Assembly (NCBI GenBank): GCA_964019335.1
Contig: OZ025671.1
Coordinates: 186,001-250,000 of the forward strand
Length of the DNA stretch: 64,000 bases
Source: Diplonema japonicum
Lineage: Eukaryota > Protista > Euglenozoa: Diplonemea
Reading direction: 5' to 3'
A model generated the notes under the pieces. It was given only the letters and a program-made list of their open reading frames with translations, ran no database searches and was not told the origin of the DNA. The stretch's first letter is position 1. Each line of letters starts with the position of its first letter. Below, piece after piece: positions 43,418 through 53,449 of the stretch. Both the position numbers and the translations under genes were made by a program.

Positions 43418-44965
43418 CTACCATTGGAAGACCTTTACTGTCGCGGAACACGAGACACCGAACGGCACGTTGTTCCCTATCAGCTCCAACACCACCGCGT
43501 GATCAGAGGCCGTGCACTCATAACGCTTCGTGTACGTTGGGTGTTCGTCAACGTGCTTCACGGCGAATTCGTCGGGCGCAGTTCTAGTCACAGTAATGGG
43601 AAAGGGTGTGGCTGTGATAATGGGTACCAGGTCTTTGAGGGGTCCTCTGTAGGTTGTGTTGCCGTCGACAATCAAGGCGGGTATGACGGTGTCGGGGGGT
43701 GTGGGCTTTGCTGGTTTTGCTAGGAAGTTGAGAGCAGCTGCAGATGTGAAAGCCATCACTGAGCCAACAGCCCCTGCTGCCGCTGGAGTCGACCCAACAA
43801 GAGCTGCACCCGCAACAGCGGCGGTGCCCAAGACTGAAGCCCCCGCGACAGCCTTGCGGTCGCCACTGCTACCCGCCACCGCACCCCCCGCCACTGCCCC
43901 AACAGATGCAGCAACCATTGGTGCTCCCATTGCAGTGTTAGCCACACAGCTGCCGACTGCGAACAGGGCAGCCATCGTCTTGTCATGTACTTCCATCTGA
44001 TTGCTATCCTCTTGCTGTGCAATAACGTGCTCCCTCAGGCCTGCTTCGACCAGAGCTTCTTCCACCCATTGCAGCCCAGGCACTCTCGCCAGCAGCTCGC
44101 CGTGCACATCAAGCGTGATGACCTTTTGCTTAGCAGCTATGACCTCCACCTCGTTCTGCATGTCATGAGCAAGAAGGATGCGCACCACCTGCGCGTTTAC
44201 AGCAGGCGTCCTCCGCACCTTCCCGCTCACAAAGGTCAGCAACTGCTTCATGCATTCGAGGCTGTGCATCCCAGACAGTGCTATAAGCACATGGTCCTCA
44301 CGAATCACAGGTACGGTCTTGACCACCGACAGAATTTCCTGCTCGTCTGCAGAGGCGTAGGCCATGCATTGAAGGAAGACGCGGTAGGTGCCTTCTTCTT
44401 TGTTGGCGATGTGTTTCCAGACCTGCTTAGCCCTCTCATAATCACGAGTGTTTCTGCACACCACGAGCAGGCTGCGGTACATGACGTCTGTGGCATGCTG
44501 GCCTGCAAGGTCGAGGACGTTGATGGCGGTTTCCATGTCTGGAACAAGGCTGCAGCAGTGGATTAAGGCGGCCATCGAGCGCTGGCCAAAGATATGAGCC
44601 TCGCGTGCGTGCCACTGCAACTCGATGCCTTCCTCACGCAGGCACTCTGCTCTGTTGGGGACTGCTGTAGACGTTAATATACTGCTGAGGAAGATCATCA
44701 AACCTGAGACGGATCTGTCCGTGAGGACCACGCCTACCTCTGCTGCGTCTTGCGAGACCTGGAGGGGGGACTGCGGACAGTTCTCCGTCTGCAAAACAGT
44801 GGACATGGCTTGCATGTCGGCGTGCTTGAGCATCCCTAACTGTTCGTAGTAATCACCTTTTTTCCACTGCACATGGTGTCCTTTTACCCTGCTCGCGTGT
44901 CCTGCCTCCAGTGCGGACAGGATGTCGGAGGTGATGGCACAGAAACTCCCGATTGACCGGCGCAT
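43418..44965 (-). CDS. PPR-like helical-repeat protein with Gly/Ala-rich hydrophobic C-terminal region (515 aa)
   Basis: SMAALIHCC, VMYRSLLVVCRNTRDYERAKQVWKHI, TYRVFLQCMA resemble PPR motifs; MRR start may be a mitochondrial presequence. Confidence 0.6.
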   Translation of the reverse strand: MRRSIGSFCAITSDILSALEAGHASRVKGHHVQWKKGDYYEQLGMLKHADMQAMSTVLQTENCPQSPLQVSQDAAEVGVVLTDRSVSGLMIFLSSILTSTAVPNRAECLREEGIELQWHAREAHIFGQRSMAALIHCCSLVPDMETAINVLDLAGQHATDVMYRSLLVVCRNTRDYERAKQVWKHIANKEEGTYRVFLQCMAYASADEQEILSVVKTVPVIREDHVLIALSGMHSLECMKQLLTFVSGKVRRTPAVNAQVVRILLAHDMQNEVEVIAAKQKVITLDVHGELLARVPGLQWVEEALVEAGLREHVIAQQEDSNQMEVHDKTMAALFAVGSCVANTAMGAPMVAASVGAVAGGAVAGSSGDRKAVAGASVLGTAAVAGAALVGSTPAAAGAVGSVMAFTSAAALNFLAKPAKPTPPDTVIPALIVDGNTTYRGPLKDLVPIITATPFPITVTRTAPDEFAVKHVDEHPTYTKRYECTASDHAVVLELIGNNVPFGVSCSATVKVFQW

Positions 44966-45019
44966 GTTTTCACATCTATCTCCTGTGTGGTGTAGATGAA
45001 GAATGATCACAAATGGAAG

Positions 45020-45331
45020 CTAGAGGGCGCAGGGTGTAGCAGAGATGCCTGCTACATCGAGGTGCCCCCCGTCAGGGGTTTCCCACAATGTAAGCCCGCA
45101 CCAGACACGGGACACCCATTCCCGTCGGATTTTCAAAAAAACTGAGTTCTCGCTCTCCGCGACCGGCTCCGCCTCACTGGTGCTCACAGAACCGAATACA
45201 GTTCGCACACAGTCTTCGATCTGCTTGGACAGCTTCCGCTTGCCTCTCTCCCCTCGTATCTTCACCAGCATGAATAGGTGGGGCAGCCCACTGGGCTTGT
45301 TTCGCGCGTTTATCTTTCTCCGTTTCGTCAT
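45020..45331 (-). CDS. Rpp14/Pop5/Pop8-family RNase P/MRP protein subunit-like
   Basis: FMLVKI...IEDCVRTVFGSV...VFLKIRREWVSRVWCGLTL...LDVAGISATPCAL fits the family pattern; CCACAG|GAAAATG upstream. Confidence 0.6.
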   Translation of the reverse strand: MTKRRKINARNKPSGLPHLFMLVKIRGERGKRKLSKQIEDCVRTVFGSVSTSEAEPVAESENSVFLKIRREWVSRVWCGLTLWETPDGGHLDVAGISATPCAL

Positions 45332-45400
45332 TTTCCTGTGGCTTTGGTAAGTTTTTTCTTTTTCAGGACGTTTAAAGAATTTAGTGGGGAAGAAGAAAAC

Positions 45401-46636
45401 TTATCGTCTCGATTTTTTCCGTCGGCCGCCGTCGACAGCTATGCCGCAGTCCCTCAGAGCTAGCTCGACAGCTGCCTTGCTATGTTTGTAAATGTCTGCG
45501 TCCGCCGCCTTGTCAAGGATAGAAAACTGCTTCTGGTCATTAGGAAGGAACCCACGGAAGACTGGGTAAAGGTGGGGCGGGAAGTGAATTGTGTAAGCGC
45601 GAGATGAATGGTCCATAGGAGAACAGAAGGCAGGAGGCGCCTCGAGGGTTTTAGATGTAAGACGGTAGAACGTGTGGGGGTAAGGAGCAGGCACCGAAGA
45701 AGCGAAAAACGAGCTGGACATCATGTCGGCAGCCTCGCAGATAGCGTTCTCAGTCAAGGAAAGGTTCAGCGCTTCGGACATTGCGAGGACAGTGTCATGA
45801 AGCTTGTCAGAACGGTAGGATTCCCCGAGCGTCCACAGCCACCCGATGGGTAACGTCTTCCGCATCACTTCATGGAAGAAGAACTCATCGGTCCATGGGA
45901 CGGTGGTGCCGCATAACCCTGCAGCACATCCGAGCAACGCAGCAAAATTCCCACCCGTTCCAACATCAACAGTTAAATGCATGCTCAGATCATCGCCTAA
46001 ACCTACACAATGGTGGGCATAGCCCCGTGGAAGGTACAGTTTGTCGCCTTGGTTCAGAGTAACGATACCTTCGGTGAACGGAACAGCTTTCCCAGGCCGA
46101 CGATGGACCTCCTTGGGGTGTTCGGAGGTAGGAAGTGGAGGCAATGAACCTGCGTTGAGAGGAAGCGGTTTATGGTGTGTTATGACCCATTTCTTTTGCC
46201 CGCGAAGCTGGGTTACAAAACCGTTTAAGGGGTCCGTGTGTCTGGGGAAACCCTGCGTTTCGCTCGGAGTGATGTACACGTTTGACCCAACAGCCAATCC
46301 CCCAAGCAGCGCCTGCAACCTCCATAGATGCTCATGAATGCTTTGTGACAACTCGTGGCCGACAGTGACCCTTGCTGTGTAACCTTTATTCAGCATTTCT
46401 CGGAGTTCTGAGCTTGCTTCTTCCCAGATCCCGTTCTGCGTCATGCGAGAGAAGGTCAGTTCGAGGCCTTTGTTCGATCGTTCCATTACATCCTCGAGGG
46501 TTACTTCTTCTCCGGGGGATTTGTGGTCTCGCTTCTCGTCTGCGAAAACCACGACGCATGATTTATCCCAGGCTTCCTTGAGGCATCCTTGCATGCCCAG
46601 CTCCTCTTCGATTTGTTCCCATCGATCAGATTTCAT
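45401..46636 (-). CDS. JmjC (cupin-4) ribosomal oxygenase, NO66/MINA53-like (411 aa)
   Basis: VGSNVYITP...QGFPRHTD...FVTQLRGQKKW...LNQGDKLYLPRGYAH...SMHLT; HxD...H facial triad intact. Confidence 0.85.
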   Translation of the reverse strand: MKSDRWEQIEEELGMQGCLKEAWDKSCVVVFADEKRDHKSPGEEVTLEDVMERSNKGLELTFSRMTQNGIWEEASSELREMLNKGYTARVTVGHELSQSIHEHLWRLQALLGGLAVGSNVYITPSETQGFPRHTDPLNGFVTQLRGQKKWVITHHKPLPLNAGSLPPLPTSEHPKEVHRRPGKAVPFTEGIVTLNQGDKLYLPRGYAHHCVGLGDDLSMHLTVDVGTGGNFAALLGCAAGLCGTTVPWTDEFFFHEVMRKTLPIGWLWTLGESYRSDKLHDTVLAMSEALNLSLTENAICEAADMMSSSFFASSVPAPYPHTFYRLTSKTLEAPPAFCSPMDHSSRAYTIHFPPHLYPVFRGFLPNDQKQFSILDKAADADIYKHSKAAVELALRDCGIAVDGGRRKKSRR

Positions 46637-49600
46637 GCTTTTTTCTTCCTTTGCAAAAGGTACTGGGAATGATAATAGGGTAAGAAGGAAGAAGAAGGAA
46701 GAAGAAGAAGAAAGACAAATAAGGGGGAAGGGTTGTTCGCAACGTTCCATCAATTAGGTTTAAATCATTACAAAAAGTAAAGGGGGGGGAGGGAGGGGTG
46801 TGTGCGCGAAGAAGGTGCACGTGTGCATTCACGTAAGTACAACTAAAAGAAAAAAAAAAAGAAAAATATCTCACTATGATACCGTATTTTATAAGAATTT
46901 ATGAATAGAGTTATGAAAAACTATTTTGACTCAAAAAAAAAAAAAACCGTATGCGAAAAAGACCGAACTTTTGTCAGTCCGGGTGTTTTTCACTTTACAG
47001 AAATTTTAAAATACGGTATTTCTTTTTGTAAAAACCTCTTCTTCCCCCCCCCCCCCCCCCCCCCCTTGCGTGAACACATTGAAAATAATAGAAACCCCTG
47101 TGCAGACCAAAGCCTACTGGGGAAACATTTTGCACCAACATATCGCGTCCTAGGGTGTAGCTTTTTTTTTGCGGTTAAAAAGGGAAATCGCGCCGATCCC
47201 CACTCACGCTGTAAAAACGGAAAGGAAGAAAAAAAAAAAGAAGAAGAAAAAAAAAGGTCCCCCGCTTTACTTCTTATCTTTCTGGGGCCTCGGGTTTTTA
47301 ATCCCTTTTGAGGTTGTGTTCCATCCTTCTTGGATTCTCTCCAGGAGGCGGTGGAAGCTGTCCCTTCCTTTTGTTTAGTGAGTATAGCATATTTGCATTT
47401 GAATAAAGAGGGAAAGGGGAAAAAAAAGGCTTTTATTAAGATTTACCGTTTTTGTTTACCAGCTAGCTCAGGAAGCCTGAGCCTGGCTGGCATAAGAAGA
47501 ATAAGCAAAACATCCCCCCCCCCCCCCCCCCCCGTTTTGTCCTTTTTTTGCGTTCACTGGAGCAACCCTGTTGTAGAGCAACTATCGTTTTCTTTTTGTT
47601 TTCTTCTTTTTTTTTGACCACACTATTTTCTTTTCATTTTTTTTTTTTCTTTTCTTTTTCTTTTTTGATGTTTTTGATTTTACCAAAATAACAATGAAAA
47701 CAACGAATCCTGGCAAAAAAACTCCTCCAGATTTATTCCAGGAATTTCACAATTCTTTTTTTTGGGGGGGGTGTGTCACTATTCTTTCCTTCTTTAGAAA
47801 AAAAAAAGCCAAAATCCCATACGTTGCATTTAAAACGTGTGAATACGACTTTTTCTTTTTGTTTGCCCCCCTCCAGTACCTGCCCAAGGGCCTTTAGTTA
47901 TACTGTGCCATCGACACTGAGAGGGGAAAGAATATATTCTTCGGCCACGCGCAAGCCATCCATCGGCATCAAAAGTGTTCTCACTTGTGTTGTGCATGTT
48001 CCTTTTCTTCTTTGTGAGAGCCCTCGCAGCACAGACCTCCCTCCTAGCTTTTCAGATGAAGAGGTCATGCAGCAGAGAGTTGCAATGTTTTTTTTTTTTT
48101 TTTTTTTTTTCTTTTTTTTTCCCTTTAATTAAATGCAATGGGCGCAAATAAAAAGGAGAGGAGAGAGGGGGAAACTTATTCGCATCATATCTCTAAAACC
48201 CGTTTTTTTTTTTTTTTTTTTGACGCCCTTCCCCCGTTGGGGGGGACTGGAAAAAAAAAATTGCTGTTTCTTACTTTTTTCAAGGCCAACGGGTTTTAGA
48301 GATATGAGCGCAAAAAAAGCAGCAAGCTCTGAGTGTAATTACCACAATGCACGGCCCACGTACCATAGACCAAGAGTCATAGGCCGATTGTCGAGGGAAA
48401 AAAGGAGGGGTGAAAAAAAAGGAGGGTTTTCTTTATGGGAAAAACAATTGAGCTGGTCGACTGCACCCTGCGCCCCAGTGGCCACAGATTGTGCTACATA
48501 AGCCATTCCTCTGAGGCGAAGTAAGGTAGATGGTTACCCACACCACTGTATTTTATATTCCCCCAAGTGACTTTTGCCTTCCGTTTAATGAAGAAAGAAA
48601 GCAAGAAAAGGGGTTTTTGGTGCTCGCCCCTGTTTTTTTTTTTTATTTATTTTTTTTTTTTTTTTACGGTCGATTGAAAAAAAGAAGAGGAAAGAAAAAA
48701 AAAGAGAGAGAAAAAAAAAGAGGAGCATTTTTAAGAAGAAAAGAAAAAGAAGGAAGAAGAAGAACATGACCATACAACAGGAACTTAAAGAAAGGGAAGA
48801 AGAAGGGGGAAAAAAAAAGAAAAAAACTCGGTTGTGGTAGCATTGCGGTTTAAAATAAAAAAAATTAAAAAAAAACTGGAAATCTACAGCAAGGGGAAGG
48901 GGAAAAGAATGGGCTAGGGAGAGTGAAGGAGGAGCGGGAGGGAGAATCAAAGAAAGGCCATCTTTTTCCCCTCTTGCCCGGTCTTGCACTCATCATCATC
49001 CATTTTCTTTTTTTTTAGTAGAGTGGGGGGGGGGGGGGGGGGGGGGGAAGAAGAAACAAACATTTCTTCTACTTCATCTTTATAGCTGTGCCCTTACCCT
49101 CAGGAATAATATAGTCTCCATAATTTCAACGGGCTCAATGTTCGTCTTCAGTAAGCCAAACGTCGATCGTTGATTCACTTTTCGTCCCCAAAATCCTCAG
49201 AGCCGTTTCAAGCCTCAAAGTTCCTACACAAAAAAAACATACTTGCTTGGAAGCCTTTTTGCTGTTGTTGTTACCCACACCACAAATAAAAATAAAGGGG
49301 GGGGATATTTTTGATTTTTTTCTTTTTAGCTTGATAAAAAAGTAAAGTAAAGATTGCATTCCCCCCCCCCCCCCCCGTTCTCCATTTTTCAACCCCCCTT
49401 TTTTCCCCATTGTAAGGGGGAAGAAAGAAGAGGGAAAAAAAGAAAGAAAAATAAGGCTCAGAATCCACACATTGCTTGCGCCAACCCAAAACTGCCAGCT
49501 TTCTGGGGGCGCTTCCCCCGCTCCCCGCTCCCCCCCCCCCCCCCCCCCCCCTCACAATGTATTTTCTTCGTGGCAACAATTAGTGTTTAGATCTGAACCC

Positions 49601-49697
49601 GAAGCAAAAAAAGCCATGACATGAGCCTTTTGCTTTTTTTCTTCTTCTTTCTCTCTGTTTTCTGTCTCCCCCCCCCCCCCCCCCCCCCTTCTTTTCT

Positions 49698-51089
49698 TTA
49701 TTGACATGAACAACATCCCGCCTGAGTCCTATGGTTATTTTCATGCTGTTTAAACGAATCGCTGATCTTTGCGAACAGAAAGCATTCGGGTGGGGGAAGT
49801 GTTATATTATCGGGATTCGAGTGGTGCAGCAGGTTATCAGCACCTGAGGTTACGTTCTTGAGAGCGGAAAGATCAACGGTCCGGAGCACAGGGTTGCCAG
49901 CAAGGAAGTAAGATCCTACAAACGTCGTCTTGCGAAAAGAAGCGAGAGGCACAGACCGAAGCACAGTACATTTAGATATGAAGTACTCGCCGACGTATAC
50001 AGGCTTCATGCTACCTAAGTTAACATCTCTCAGTTTCTCGCACATGTAAAGAAAGTGGTTTCCGATAGACGACAACTTCCGGAATGACGAGAGATCCAGA
50101 CTCTCCACCGACGAGCAGTTCGATAAGAAATGGTCGCCGATTGACTTCGCGTGTTTGAACTTGAACTCCGTTGTCTCCAGTGTGTTGCAGTTTGCAAGGA
50201 AATAGTGCCCGATACTCGTTACATTCTCCATTTTCGTCATTTTGACATGAGAAAGCGACGAGCAACCGGACAGGAAATAATCCCCGACCGTAATGCTCTG
50301 CAGGTAAGGAAACGTCACGCTGACCAAATTCGTGCAGTTTGCAAGAAAATACTTCGGAATCTGCGACACGAAGATCAGCGAGCTCAAGTCCACATCAGAC
50401 AACGCCCGACACCCAGAGAGGAAGTACGTGCCCACGCTGACAAGGCTCTTTAATGGGTAAAGGTCGATTTCTTGAAGACCTTTACAGTTGCATATGAAAA
50501 AATTCCCGACAGACTCCGCGTTGCACAAAGGTGACAAGTCGATTTTTGTTAGTGCGTTGCAACCTGTTAAGAAGAAGGATCCAATGGTTCTCACGCACTT
50601 GAGAGGCGAAAGGTCTAGAACTGTCATTGTGCTGCAGTAGAACAGAAAGTTGTCTCCTATAGAGGTTACGTTGCAAAGCCCGTAGAGGTCGACTCTGTTG
50701 CGGTGCATACCCCGTAGGAAATCATCGCCGACTCGTTTGACTTTTCTTTTGCTGTCGATTAAGGTTAGGTGTTGTACCTTAGGTGGGATCCACTCGTTCG
50801 AGAGTTCGATCTTGCCGCCGTCCGAGACCATCCCTGATGCGTCGATTACAAGGACAAAATCAGGATCGTTCTGGGCCCTGTCCTCGATTTCGGCGTGTTT
50901 TGCCTCGAGCTCCGTCCTCCCGCTCACTGTCATAGAGTGCGCGTACGACTTCACCGCCATGGCTCCCTCCCACTCCCCCGACCTTATGTCCACAAAAGTC
51001 TTCTCTGTCGTTTCCATCCGCTCCAGCACCGCGTTAAACCCACCCGTTACCTCTTCACATGGCGTTATCTCGTCGTATGTACTCCCCAT
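49698..51089 (-). CDS. BspA/TpLRR-type leucine-rich repeat protein
   Basis: About 12 repeats of VxSIGxxFLxxCxxLxxxDLSxL; MG start and C-terminal CCSCQ. Confidence 0.85.
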   Translation of the reverse strand: MGSTYDEITPCEEVTGGFNAVLERMETTEKTFVDIRSGEWEGAMAVKSYAHSMTVSGRTELEAKHAEIEDRAQNDPDFVLVIDASGMVSDGGKIELSNEWIPPKVQHLTLIDSKRKVKRVGDDFLRGMHRNRVDLYGLCNVTSIGDNFLFYCSTMTVLDLSPLKCVRTIGSFFLTGCNALTKIDLSPLCNAESVGNFFICNCKGLQEIDLYPLKSLVSVGTYFLSGCRALSDVDLSSLIFVSQIPKYFLANCTNLVSVTFPYLQSITVGDYFLSGCSSLSHVKMTKMENVTSIGHYFLANCNTLETTEFKFKHAKSIGDHFLSNCSSVESLDLSSFRKLSSIGNHFLYMCEKLRDVNLGSMKPVYVGEYFISKCTVLRSVPLASFRKTTFVGSYFLAGNPVLRTVDLSALKNVTSGADNLLHHSNPDNITLPPPECFLFAKISDSFKQHENNHRTQAGCCSCQ

Positions 51090-51421
51090 TTCTTTTTTTA
51101 TAATTTTTTTTTTTATATAAATTTTTTTATGTCAGCATTTTTTTTTTCCTGTGGTGGGGTTGTAAATTGTGTGTTTTTTTTTTGGGGAGGGGTAAATAGA
51201 ACAAAAAAAAAAAAAAAAATTGCGCCAGAGTATCACAGGCCTTAACCCTGTTGTTCTGAGGGTGGCCGTGGTCAAAGTCGGCCTCGTCGGGGTCAGCGAT
51301 AGGATATTGTCCCAGATCCGTTGGGAGCGTTCAAGAAATATATATGGGGGAAGATAAAAAAAAAAGGAGAAAAAAAAAAAGGAGGGCTAGGGGTTAATAA
51401 TTCTGTGCAGTCTGAAGGAAC

Positions 51422-51452
<31 letters not shown>

Positions 51453-51713
51453 AAAGAAAGAAACTTACGCCGTAAGAGAGAGAAAGAAAAGAAAAAAAGA
51501 AAAGACGTGTTCGCATAGATAAAAGAAACTAATGTGTTTTTTCTTCTCTTTTCGTAGCTTCCTAGTTTTTTTACGAGACTTCTCACGCAAAGGAAAGGCG
51601 ATGTCATGCAAAACTCCGCATGAGAGCTGCGGGCCCTTAGAAGAAGGGTCAGTACTAGGCAGTATCTAATACCGTCACTGACAAAAAAAAAAAAAAATAC
51701 CGTGCCACTAAGG

Positions 51714-53336
51714 TTAGGGGGTGTTGACGGTACTAGGAATAAGGTGCACGCCATAAGTCGTGGAGCGCATCCGGACAGCACTGCCGTAGTCAACCAACCT
51801 TGAGTCGAGCTTGATGCAGTAGCTCTTCCACGAGGTTCCGCTGGGTTTCTTGGCTGAACTCGGGTGGTTCTTTTCAACCAAACGCTTCCACAGATCTTTC
51901 CCCACTTTGCCCCCCCACCACGTGCACACCAAGCTCACACAGAGAAGCTCCTCTGTGTTGCAATAGTACAAAATGGTGTTCAAAATGTCTTTCGGCCACA
52001 GCCGCGACATCTTCCACTCTTTAACCGCCATTCGCATATTCTCATCAGGGAAGTACACAAGCTCACCAGAAGAGAACATAGGCAACGGTGCTGATGGTAA
52101 ACTTGCGGTCGACATAAATCGTTGTTTTAAGTTTGCCAGATCGTAAGTTCGGCCATCTGTGGCGATGACAGGGTCGTCCATCGGCCGGGGGTGTTGCGGT
52201 GTGTAAAGCGACGCCAGAGGGCAGACCAAGTCAAGCGGGACATTCGATGGGTGTTCCTTTCGTTCAACAGGAAGCATCCTTTGCAGGTTTCTAATATCCT
52301 GATTAACCCCAAACAACACATCGCGTACCCTGTCAACCTCCACAAGCATGTCCTCATAACAAGCTCGAAAATTCTTATTAACATGGTTAACGATACGCCT
52401 GGTAAGCTGCCCGAACTCAAGCGTGCTCTTTGTTTCAACACGGTCGGCAGCAGACGCTGATACATTCGTCACAATACACGTGAGGGAGTTCCCACCCATA
52501 CAATCTCGGAGCAGCTTAGTTAACGCGGACCCTCGGAAGTTAATAAAACCGTCTTTTCCTTTAGGGTCGGACAGTGATATTATAACACCCTTCAAAGCAG
52601 CTAACGACCTGTTAATATTCCCCGCTTCTGTTATTGCAAGCCCCGTGGCTTGTGACCGACTGATGTCTTCAGACCCAGCAAGATCAACAAGATACATGGT
52701 TGAGTACATTACCTGGTGTTCGATAATCTGTTCGACCTCAACTAGTATGATGATGTGTGAGCGTGATGAGGACATGTTCATGGCTGTCTTTGCTACGATG
52801 CGTTTATCTTCTATGTCGTTGATTGTGGTGGTGACGTGGCCGGGGAGGAGTCTTCTGCGGGTGGCGGAGGGGATTCCAAAGACGCCGGTTGAAATCTCTC
52901 GGATTTTGACCTCCTTCATCTTTTTCTTCTCGTTTTCCTTCGGGGTGTAGAACAGGTCGTAGCACACCTCGTTGTAGATCTGAACCGCAGCGACGTTGAA
53001 CGTAGTTCTCTCGCCACCCTTAGAGAGAAGCGTGTTCATAATCTCCGGAGCCAACCCCGGCTTCGATTTGTTCCCCATCATCGTGTATGTCTTGCCGCTA
53101 CCTGTCTGCCCGTAGCACATGACCGCCGCGTTGTACCCATCAATGACATTGTCGATCGCATCGGGGCCTATACACGCGAAGACGTCGCTTTGAGAAGCAC
53201 TGCCGCCGATAGCCATGTCTACAGGGTATTCTCTATCTTCATCGAATATAATGCTTTTCCCGTCTATGCCACACCGGCATGCTTCCTTTCCCTCGGTGGG
53301 TCTTATTCTCGCAAGCACTTTGATGGCTTCGCTCAT
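51714..53336 (-). CDS. Kinesin motor fused to U-box and F-box domains (540 aa)
   Basis: IKVLARIRP, YGQTGSGKTYTM, NMSSSRSH, LVDLAGSE, INRSL, FRGSALTKLL; then DLVCPL...MDDPVIATDGRTYD (U-box) and WPKDILNTILYYC...LLCVSLVCTWW...LWK (F-box). Confidence 0.85.
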   Translation of the reverse strand: MSEAIKVLARIRPTEGKEACRCGIDGKSIIFDEDREYPVDMAIGGSASQSDVFACIGPDAIDNVIDGYNAAVMCYGQTGSGKTYTMMGNKSKPGLAPEIMNTLLSKGGERTTFNVAAVQIYNEVCYDLFYTPKENEKKKMKEVKIREISTGVFGIPSATRRRLLPGHVTTTINDIEDKRIVAKTAMNMSSSRSHIIILVEVEQIIEHQVMYSTMYLVDLAGSEDISRSQATGLAITEAGNINRSLAALKGVIISLSDPKGKDGFINFRGSALTKLLRDCMGGNSLTCIVTNVSASAADRVETKSTLEFGQLTRRIVNHVNKNFRACYEDMLVEVDRVRDVLFGVNQDIRNLQRMLPVERKEHPSNVPLDLVCPLASLYTPQHPRPMDDPVIATDGRTYDLANLKQRFMSTASLPSAPLPMFSSGELVYFPDENMRMAVKEWKMSRLWPKDILNTILYYCNTEELLCVSLVCTWWGGKVGKDLWKRLVEKNHPSSAKKPSGTSWKSYCIKLDSRLVDYGSAVRMRSTTYGVHLIPSTVNTP

Positions 53337-53449
53337 CTTTTTTTTTTCTCTCTCCTTTTTGGCTTTGTTGACAAACGATGGTTGGGGGGGGGGGGGGTAA
53401 ATATGTACTGATTTTGATGTCCCCCCCCTTTCTCTGGATCCTTTTTCTT

